Made by a program: the position numbers and the translations under genes | The notes under the pieces: generated by a model | The model's input: the letters and a program-made list of their open reading frames with translations, nothing else | Told to the model about the DNA's origin: nothing | The model's database searches: none | Shown: piece by piece, positions 26,209 to 32,538 of the stretch | How positions within the stretch are numbered: position 1 is the stretch's first letter | How the letters are laid out: each line of letters opens with the position of its first letter | From: a virus | IMG/VR virus record: IMGVR_UViG_3300036943_000490 | Span: 1-47,116 of that record | Reading direction: 5' to 3' (one strand) | DNA: 47,116 nt

Positions 26209-26449
26209 CTTCTATTCTCCTTAATAGTTCAGGTACTACAATGTAATAGAATGCCGCATCGTATGTAGGAGTGGAGAACTCATACTTCCACGGCTCTTTC
26301 ATTTGGGAAAGATAATAACGGGCAGTAGCCACGAGATTCTTATCCGACAGATTTCGAAACTTGAAAAGATCACGGGCGTAATGCTCATCGGCATCTGCCA
26401 TCTTTTGCTGAGTCTCTGGCTTGAGTAGTTTTCGGAAATCAATCGCCAT
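26132..26449 (-). CDS. Hypothetical protein (105 aa)
   Basis: ORF track; its 3' end overlaps the next gene by 77 nt. Confidence 0.5.
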   Translation of the reverse strand: MAIDFRKLLKPETQQKMADADEHYARDLFKFRNLSDKNLVATARYYLSQMKEPWKYEFSTPTYDAAFYYIVVPELLRRIEDGLIRLGDNEVSGMLPKHRVPKQSR

Positions 26450-26524
26450 TGAATATCAATCCTTGTTGATAGTTATAGGTTCGGATTATTTCAGAGTCTT
26501 CCGGTCTTGATCTTATGTTCAACG

Positions 26525-26548
26525 CTTTGTTCATATATCGAATGAAGG
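26525..26548 (-). promoter_or_regulatory. IPM copy without adjacent start codon
   Basis: Sense strand CCTTCATTCGATATATGAACAAAG, just after the stop of 26553..26738. The next ATG is 75 nt downstream. Confidence 0.5.
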
Positions 26549-26552
26549 ATCA

Positions 26553-26738
26553 TCAAAAAATCTCAAAATCATTCCCTTCTTCCATCCATTCATAACTTTC
26601 ATAATCTTTCGGCAGGTAACCGTTATAACATTTGTCTTCCCAAAAGTTTCTCATAACCATATCTGTCACCCATCCTAACGATTTTATACCTTCCCATCCT
26701 TCGTAATTCCAAACCTGCTCAACAAAGTATATCCACAT
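26553..26738 (-). CDS. Hypothetical Trp/Tyr-rich small protein (61 aa)
   Basis: ORF track; IPM plus AGGAGG upstream. Confidence 0.55.
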   Translation of the reverse strand: MWIYFVEQVWNYEGWEGIKSLGWVTDMVMRNFWEDKCYNGYLPKDYESYEWMEEGNDFEIF

Positions 26739-26747
26739 AATATTCCT

Positions 26748-26771
26748 CCTTTGTTTAATTATTGAACATAG
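26748..26771 (-). promoter_or_regulatory. IPM copy
   Basis: Sense strand CTATGTTCAATAATTAAACAAAGG, 9 nt before ATG 26738. Confidence 0.6.
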
Positions 26772-26890
26772 ATTGTTTATAATCCCTATGATTTATAACC
26801 TCATCATAACATACCTTTCAATAACTATCAACGCATAATTCAAAACCTTTCCAACCCTCCATTCAATCATCCAACAATGTCAGCTTGCTT

Positions 26891-27089
26891 CCCCGTTTCT
26901 CGCTTCCCACCCCCCATGCTATCATCCATCCAATTGGTATGTTAGCTTAGTGTCTTAGTGTTCTTAGATTCTAATCTCCTATATATATATACTTATATAT
27001 ATACTATATATATAACTTATTAAACCAACACCCCTACAGACTGTCATTGGATGGGTGGGCAACACGGGGGTGGGTAGCAAGAAACGAGG
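26891..27089. repeat. Large imperfect palindrome with (TA)n core; candidate replication origin or other cis element
   Basis: The left arm is ccccgtttctcgcttcccaccccccatgctatcatccatccaattgg (26891-26937). The right arm is cattggatgggtgggcaacacgggggtgggtagcaagaaacgagg (27045-27089), its imperfect reverse complement. The centre contains tatatatatatacttatatatatactatatatata. No ORF lies in the 400-bp gap. Confidence 0.6.
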
Positions 27090-27138
27090 TTACGAGGTTA
27101 CGAAATTACAATTGGTTATGATTGAACGGAGCGGAATA

Positions 27139-27360
27139 TCAGCCTTTGTTACCGATTAGTAAGATGATATCGGTGTCTGAAAGGCCTTGAGCGATGAGAC
27201 TTTTATAAGCATTATCGACCGCTATCATCTTCCGCTGATAATCGTTGAGACTTTTGTTAAGGCTCGCCGCGTCAGCTTCAAGCTTATATGCCTTCTGATG
27301 CAGATCAAAGGCCTTGTCGAGCAATTCTTTAATATTCTGTTGAACTTTAACAGTATCCAT
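27139..27360 (-). CDS. Hypothetical coiled-coil-like protein (73 aa)
   Basis: ORF track; IPM plus AGGAGG upstream. Preferred over alternate-frame ORF 27225..27413. Confidence 0.55.
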   Translation of the reverse strand: MDTVKVQQNIKELLDKAFDLHQKAYKLEADAASLNKSLNDYQRKMIAVDNAYKSLIAQGLSDTDIILLIGNKG

Positions 27361-27368
27361 TCTTTCCT

Positions 27369-27392
27369 CCTATGTTTGATTATTGAACGAAG
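27369..27392 (-). promoter_or_regulatory. IPM copy
   Basis: Sense strand CTTCGTTCAATAATCAAACATAGG, 8 nt before ATG 27360. Confidence 0.6.
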
Positions 27393-27415
27393 CGACGATG
27401 ATCCTGACCTCATTT

Positions 27416-27642
27416 CCAGGCTGGATATTTATTAATCTACATTTCCATAGAAATCATATTCTTTAATACATTTATTTTCTTCATCTATACACATTTTAAA
27501 TACTGCACCACAAGCACACCAAAATATTGCTCGTGTATCTGCTACTAATGATACATTATCTAATCTACCACATCTAGGGCATATCATTAAATTGACTATC
27601 CTTTTAGGCTTCATGTTATCCATCCTTTCAATCCCAGCCTGG
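27416..27642. repeat. Inverted repeat pair C (arms 27416-27426 and 27631-27642) bracketing CDS 27432..27623
   Basis: The reverse complement of ccaggctggat is atccagcctgg, against atcccagcctgg at 27631 (one extra c). Confidence 0.45.
27432..27623 (-). CDS. Small zinc-ribbon-like protein (63 aa)
   Basis: ICPRCGR ... WCACG. Confidence 0.55.
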   Translation of the reverse strand: MDNMKPKRIVNLMICPRCGRLDNVSLVADTRAIFWCACGAVFKMCIDEENKCIKEYDFYGNVD

Positions 27643-28065
27643 TTAGAATGGCCTAGACGATTATTATTATCTAATCCGTTACCTTTGCCATAAGTTTTTC
27701 CAACAGCGCCTTTGCCACGTTTGGGTCCAACTCATCAACGTTCATACTCGCGGCCATGCTGTTCGAATCCTTCGGCGCTGCAGAAACCATCTGAGCAAAC
27801 GTAATACCATTAGCTAGTTCTTCCGCCTGCTCTTTTGTCTTGATACGTTTTCGCAAGATAATAATCCCTGCATTCAACGCTTGTTTAACAACTTCCCCGA
27901 TATCCGCTCCATCCATATTAACTACAACCTGATATCCCCTGCAATCCGGCGATCCGTTGAGAAACTGTGCCGACCTAATCTCCGTTCCTACCAATCTATT
28001 ATCCTTAATCATCGTAGCCATGATATATCTCCCTTCGATATCTAGGCCACTCTAATCAGGCCAGG
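27633..28065. repeat. Inverted repeat pair A (arms 27633-27656 and 28042-28065) bracketing CDS 27671..28021
   Basis: cccagcctggttagaatggcctag versus the reverse complement of ctaggccactctaatcaggccagg (cctggcctgattagagtggcctag): 19 of 23 aligned positions identical. Confidence 0.65.
27671..28021 (-). CDS. Hypothetical protein (116 aa), higher-GC early gene
   Basis: ORF track; GAAGGGAG upstream. Confidence 0.6.
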   Translation of the reverse strand: MATMIKDNRLVGTEIRSAQFLNGSPDCRGYQVVVNMDGADIGEVVKQALNAGIIILRKRIKTKEQAEELANGITFAQMVSAAPKDSNSMAASMNVDELDPNVAKALLEKLMAKVTD

Positions 28066-28071
28066 ATCATT

Positions 28072-28375
28072 CTCGGATAGTTAATTCATGCGGGCTGGGT
28101 TGATGTTATCTATATCTAACACTCCAATTATTATCATTATTACTAGGACTATAAACGCCCCGCGTTTCATAAAAATTTCTACCACACCATTCATCAAACA
28201 TAATAGCTGTTTTTTCATTATCAAAATGAGCCCAGGCCCAATTGATTCCGCCTGATAGTGTTCCACATAATGATTTAGCCATTTGTCCTGCTGATACGGT
28301 TCTACGCATTATTCCATTAACTATTTCAATCATAATCCACCATCCAATCTAGCCCGCATCAACTAACTACCCGAG
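28072..28375. repeat. Inverted repeat pair B (arms 28072-28098 and 28349-28375) bracketing CDS 28106..28333
   Basis: ctcggatagttaattcatgcgggctgg versus the reverse complement of ctagcccgcatcaactaactacccgag (ctcgggtagttagttgatgcgggctag): 23 of 27 identical. Confidence 0.7.
28106..28333 (-). CDS. Hypothetical Trp-rich protein (75 aa), first early gene
   Basis: Fills the space between the pair-B arms exactly. Preferred over alternate-frame ORF 28081..28266, which runs into the repeat arm. Confidence 0.5.
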   Translation of the reverse strand: MIEIVNGIMRRTVSAGQMAKSLCGTLSGGINWAWAHFDNEKTAIMFDEWCGRNFYETRGVYSPSNNDNNWSVRYR

Positions 28376-28508
28376 ATCCAACAATTCTAGGTCTTAACGC
28401 CCTTTCGGTCACTCACATTAGATCCGGTGGACTAGTAGTGGAGCCTATCGGTCTGCCTAGAACCGTTTCAAATTGTCAAAGAACATTCAATTTCGATTTG
28501 TTGAAACC

Positions 28509-28536
28509 ATCATATCACACCTACTCAAAATGTCAA
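28509..28536 (-). promoter_or_regulatory. Candidate early promoter (TTGACA, 16 nt spacer, TATGAT)
   Basis: Sense strand TTGACAttttgagtaggtgtgaTATGATgg, pointing into the minus-strand early genes. Confidence 0.5.
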
Positions 28537-28692
28537 ATCAAAGACCATCACCAAAAATCCATCATCATCAAATATCCTAAAACAAAAGGGGGTAGATGTG
28601 TTAAATCTCGCGCGAACAGGGACACTAACAAATTCTCCAAATTTTTATATGTCAACAAATGTCACCACGCTGCGAGGAATTGAATTGTTATT

Positions 28693-28717
28693 CTTCGTTC
28701 GATTTTTAAACATAGGA
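28693..28717 (+). promoter_or_regulatory. IPM copy
   Basis: CTTCGTTCGATTTTTAAACATAGGA, immediately before the TTG/GTG starts at 28719-28725. Confidence 0.55.
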
Positions 28718-28718
28718 C

Positions 28719-29372
28719 TTGGTGGTGGAGATTATTAAGGAGACTGATTTTATATGTTGGGAGATTGCTTGGAGATATGTTATGATGATTTATGATGATA
28801 AAGAGCGGAGGTTTATGATGGCAGAAGCTTGTTTGACAGTCGGAGGCTTTGCGATTCCAAGGAAGGATTATTGGAATCCTGATAGAGAGAGTCGTAGAAA
28901 AAGACCTCCTGAGATGAGAAAATCCTTTCAAATAGCAGAGGTTCATGAGACTCATCATGAAATAGCGAGGAGACTTGTCCTCGGGCAAAAGCCAAAAGAG
29001 ATAGCAAAGGATCTTAATATTGGTTATGGGACTGTTCTCAATGTTAGAAGATCTCCGATCATTCAAGAGCAGATGAAAATTATGGGAGGTGCGAGAGATG
29101 CTGAGACTCATGATATCGCTAAGCAGATAAGAGATCTTACTCCAAAATGTGTTAAGGTCCTTGAAGAAATTATTGACGATGATGAAGTTGGTAAGTCTCT
29201 TAAGATGAAGGCAAGTCTTGCGGTTCTTGATCGAGCAGGTCATGCTGTTCCTAAGAATGTAAACGTTAAAGGTATGCATGCTGTCATATCAGCTCAAGAT
29301 CTTATCGCTATCAAAGAACGTGCCGCTGAGATAGGTATGATAGCAGATGAGGATGATATAATCGATGTCTGA
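28719..29372 (+). CDS. HTH DNA-binding protein, putative small terminase subunit (start codon uncertain)
   Basis: Sigma-70 region-4/LuxR-like HTH QKPKEIAKDLNIGYGTVLNVRR. Lies directly upstream of, and overlapping, TerL. Non-ATG start (TTG 28719 or GTG 28725), or ATG 28780. Confidence 0.45.
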   Translation: MVVEIIKETDFICWEIAWRYVMMIYDDKERRFMMAEACLTVGGFAIPRKDYWNPDRESRRKRPPEMRKSFQIAEVHETHHEIARRLVLGQKPKEIAKDLNIGYGTVLNVRRSPIIQEQMKIMGGARDAETHDIAKQIRDLTPKCVKVLEEIIDDDEVGKSLKMKASLAVLDRAGHAVPKNVNVKGMHAVISAQDLIAIKERAAEIGMIADEDDIIDV

Positions 29373-30897
29373 TAATCAAATTACAGGTCTTGATCAAGAA
29401 GCGTTAGACATCCTTGCAAGATGCTCTTTTGATACAAAGTCACATTCTCAATATTTTTTCAAAGATATATTTTTTTCTCCTTATTCGATCCTTCATGATC
29501 AGATTCTAGCCGCTATAGATTCTCACCATCAAAAAGTTGTTATAGCAGCTCCTCGTGGGCTTGGTAAAACTTCAACTATGATGTATGGAAAAGCAAGTCA
29601 GAAAATTCTCTTTCAGCTTTCGAATTTTTTCATATATCTTACAAATTCAGGCGATAATGCAGTTCTTCAGACAGAGAATCTTAAATATGAACTTTTATCA
29701 AATCCTTTAGTTCGTAAGCTCTTTGGATCGATAAAGATAAAATACGAAGAAGATATGGATGAAAGATTCTCAAAGAAGGCTTGGGTTACTTCCGGAGGCA
29801 CTTTTGTCTTACCTAGAGGGGCAGGACAACAAGTCCGTGGACTCTTATATCATTCAAAACGTCCCGATTTCGTTCTTATCGATGATCTTGAAGACAAAGA
29901 ACTCATTGCTTCTGATTTGCAAAGATCAAAGTTAAAAGAATGGTTTTATTCTGATGTTATGAAATGTGGAGATCAATATGGAAAGACGACGAAATTTATC
30001 TATATTGACACGCTTAAACATGAAGATGCGCTTCTTCAAGAACTTCTTGATTCCCCAGAATGGCACTCGGTTCATCTTTCTGTTTGCGATGATAATTATC
30101 ATTCTTATGCACCTGAGTTTATGTCTGATGATGAGATAGCAGCAGAGGTAGCAGAGCTTAAACGAAAAGGAAAGCTTGATGTTTTTTATCGTGAGATGAG
30201 AAATATTCCTGTTGCTTCTGAGACAGCTTCTTTTAAACCTGAATATTTTAAACCTTGTATTCTTGATGGAGATAAAATTCGTTGGAAGATAGATGAGCAA
30301 AACTTCTGTGTGAATGTTAAAGATCTTGTGACAGTTATTATTGTTGATCCAGCAAAAGAAGTTCAAATTCATAATGCTGATACTGCTATTGTTGGAGTTA
30401 GCATATCAAGAATAGATAAGAAAATATTCTTTCGCGCTTGCCATTCTGGAAAAATGTATCCAGATGAGATATATAAAAACTCTTTTAAAATGGCAAGAGA
30501 GCTTAAATCATATCTTATCTTTGTTGAAAAAACATCTCTTCATCAGTTTATAGAACAACCTTTTGAGAATCAGAAACGTTTAGAAAACTGGGTCGGTCAG
30601 CTTATATGGCTTGATGCGAAAGGTAAGAAAGAAGAACGTATAGCTCATCTTGCTCCTTATTATCGTCAAGGCTTTATATATCATGCACAAGGTGTTTCAA
30701 CAAAACTTGAATCTCAGCTAACAGGTTTTCCTCGTTCGAAGCTTTGGGATGTCATGGATGCCTTTGCATATATTCTTAAGATAATGAAAGAATATTTTAT
30801 TTATTTTGATTTTATAGAAGATGTTGATGATGTTGAAGAAGATGAATATAATGAATTAGAAGATGATGAGGTTATAGAATATGAAAGGATTGCTTAG
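29365..30897 (+). CDS. terL: Terminase large subunit
   Basis: Walker A VIAAPRGLGKTS, Walker B PDFVLIDDLED, and a C-terminal nuclease-type segment VIIVDPA...; 510 aa. Confidence 0.85.
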   Translation: MSDNQITGLDQEALDILARCSFDTKSHSQYFFKDIFFSPYSILHDQILAAIDSHHQKVVIAAPRGLGKTSTMMYGKASQKILFQLSNFFIYLTNSGDNAVLQTENLKYELLSNPLVRKLFGSIKIKYEEDMDERFSKKAWVTSGGTFVLPRGAGQQVRGLLYHSKRPDFVLIDDLEDKELIASDLQRSKLKEWFYSDVMKCGDQYGKTTKFIYIDTLKHEDALLQELLDSPEWHSVHLSVCDDNYHSYAPEFMSDDEIAAEVAELKRKGKLDVFYREMRNIPVASETASFKPEYFKPCILDGDKIRWKIDEQNFCVNVKDLVTVIIVDPAKEVQIHNADTAIVGVSISRIDKKIFFRACHSGKMYPDEIYKNSFKMARELKSYLIFVEKTSLHQFIEQPFENQKRLENWVGQLIWLDAKGKKEERIAHLAPYYRQGFIYHAQGVSTKLESQLTGFPRSKLWDVMDAFAYILKIMKEYFIYFDFIEDVDDVEEDEYNELEDDEVIEYERIA

Positions 30898-31930
30898 AGT
30901 AGCTATTATATTTTTAGTGTTTATTCAGAGTGCTTATGGTTCAAGTATTATATCATATACTCTTAATTCATCTCCTATTGATACAGATCAACTTATACTC
31001 ATCGATGATCCTTCAGGATCATGGTCAGTCAATCGTGTTACGATAGATGATATATTATCACTAATAGACGATGCAAATATTCCTGATACAATCACAGTTG
31101 GAGCCTCTGGAAGTGTTAATGCATCTGCTCTTCCAACTAATGTTCAAACATTTAATGCTATAACACCTTCTTCAAATGTTCAATCTCTTCTTGGAGCCGC
31201 AACATATGCAGCTATGAGAACTCTTCTTGATCTTGAAGCAGGAACAGATTTTTATTCAATAACAGCTGCCGATGCTGCTTTTGAGCCTCTTGGAGTAACT
31301 GAGAGTGATATATCCGATCTTGGAACAACTGTTACTTTAAATGCTGATACAGATGTTTCTGGAAATTCTTGGGTTCTTAATGAAGATGATTTTGCATCTG
31401 ATTCTGCTACGAAAGTTCCAACTCAGCAATCTGTCGGTGCTTATATAGCTGCACTTAAGCTTGATGATCTTGCATCGCCTGACGACAATACAGATCTTAA
31501 TGTTTCTATAACAGCTCATGGTCTTGTTCCAAAAGCACCGAATGATATAGAGCAATGGCTTCGTGGAGATGGTTCTTGGTCAACTATTCCTTATGATGGT
31601 TATGCACTTAATATAATTATAACAGATATAAGTACAGCTGGATATTATTATGTTCCTGTTCCTTATGCAGGAGATATAACATTAATCCAATCAGTTATAT
31701 CAGGAACTATAGCGACTGCTGATGTTACACTAACTGGTTATATTGGAGGAGTTGCTATTACAGATGGATCTATAACAGTTGCATATTCTGGTTCGGCAGC
31801 TGGTGATTATGATTCAGCGACTCCTTCAGGTGCAAACACTGTTGCAGCAGGTGATATTATTCGCATATATACTGATGGAGCTTCTACAAACACTGTGACT
31901 GCATCTATAACAATCTGGATTGAACGATAA
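30881..31930 (+). CDS. Signal-peptide protein with fibre-like domains (349 aa)
   Basis: MKGLLRVAIIFLVFIQSAYG/SS. Fibre-like motifs DTDQLILIDD...VTIDDILSLI, ATKVPTQQSVGAYI and WLRGDGSW. Confidence 0.6.
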   Translation: MKGLLRVAIIFLVFIQSAYGSSIISYTLNSSPIDTDQLILIDDPSGSWSVNRVTIDDILSLIDDANIPDTITVGASGSVNASALPTNVQTFNAITPSSNVQSLLGAATYAAMRTLLDLEAGTDFYSITAADAAFEPLGVTESDISDLGTTVTLNADTDVSGNSWVLNEDDFASDSATKVPTQQSVGAYIAALKLDDLASPDDNTDLNVSITAHGLVPKAPNDIEQWLRGDGSWSTIPYDGYALNIIITDISTAGYYYVPVPYAGDITLIQSVISGTIATADVTLTGYIGGVAITDGSITVAYSGSAAGDYDSATPSGANTVAAGDIIRIYTDGASTNTVTASITIWIER

Positions 31931-31955
31931 CTATATTCGTTTATTGAACAAAGGA
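31931..31955 (+). promoter_or_regulatory. IPM copy
   Basis: CTATATTCGTTTATTGAACAAAGGA, 8 nt before ATG 31964. Confidence 0.6.
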
Positions 31956-31963
31956 AATAGTCA

Positions 31964-32323
31964 ATGAAAAGATTTTTTATTACATTCTTAATTATTCTTT
32001 TTATTTCTTCTTTTGCATATGCGGATTCATTTGATATAGCATCTCCTTCAACTCAGACAGCTGATGCTGCTGTCATGAATAATGCAGGATATCTTAAAGG
32101 ATTTCTTATAACTCCTGATGGTACTAATGCTGTTACTATAACTTTTTATGATAATGCTTCTGCTGCTTCTGGGACTCAGTTAACTCCTGATATGACATTT
32201 GCAGGAGATGGTGGGACACAAGGAATAACCTTTCCAGCTTATGTGCAGTGTAAGAATGGGATTTATGCTGATATAACAACAGCTGGAACTGTTGAATATA
32301 CAGTTTATTATAGAGACAGATAA
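31964..32323 (+). CDS. Signal-peptide protein (119 aa)
   Basis: MKRFFITFLIILFISSFAYA/DS. Confidence 0.6.
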   Translation: MKRFFITFLIILFISSFAYADSFDIASPSTQTADAAVMNNAGYLKGFLITPDGTNAVTITFYDNASAASGTQLTPDMTFAGDGGTQGITFPAYVQCKNGIYADITTAGTVEYTVYYRDR

Positions 32324-32538
32324 TGAAAAAGTTTATCATAGTTATAATTTTGTTATTACTTTTATCATCGATAGTTTATGCAAAGATAGGTCTTGATCTT
32401 AGTCTAAGTCTTGGTTCGGGTTCTGGAACAGTTAGTGGTCCTGTAACTGGTGCACATTATCTTCTCATCGATGGATCAAGCCATTATCTTATCATAGATG
32501 GTAGTTCTCACAAATTAAGAATTGATGGAGCAATCTAA
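32323..32538 (+). CDS. Signal-peptide mini-protein (71 aa) with triple H-x-L-x-IDGSS repeat
   Basis: MKKFIIVIILLLLLSSIVYA/K, then AHYLLIDGSSHYLIIDGSSHKLRIDG. TAATG overlaps at both ends. Confidence 0.55.
   Translation: MKKFIIVIILLLLLSSIVYAKIGLDLSLSLGSGSGTVSGPVTGAHYLLIDGSSHYLIIDGSSHKLRIDGAI

Larger units (their letters stand above)
27398..28070. repeat. Inverted repeat pair D (arms 27398-27409 and 28059-28070) enclosing two CDSs
   Basis: atgatcctgacc versus the reverse complement of ggccaggatcat (atgatcctggcc): 11 of 12 identical. Confidence 0.45.

Noticed and set aside
27398-28375. The bracketing inverted repeats as integron attC sites or MITE/IS termini
   Set aside because: There is no integrase or transposase anywhere. 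No RYYYAAC/GTTRRRY core sites or target-site duplications were seen. The partner arms flank ORFs rather than forming compact adjacent attC-type hairpins.
28662-29279. 205-aa minus-strand ORF antisense to the small-terminase-like gene
   Set aside because: It is fully antisense to a plus-strand gene with an HTH motif and coupling to TerL. Its product is low-complexity (Ser/Leu/Asn/Ile-rich) and it lacks an SD.
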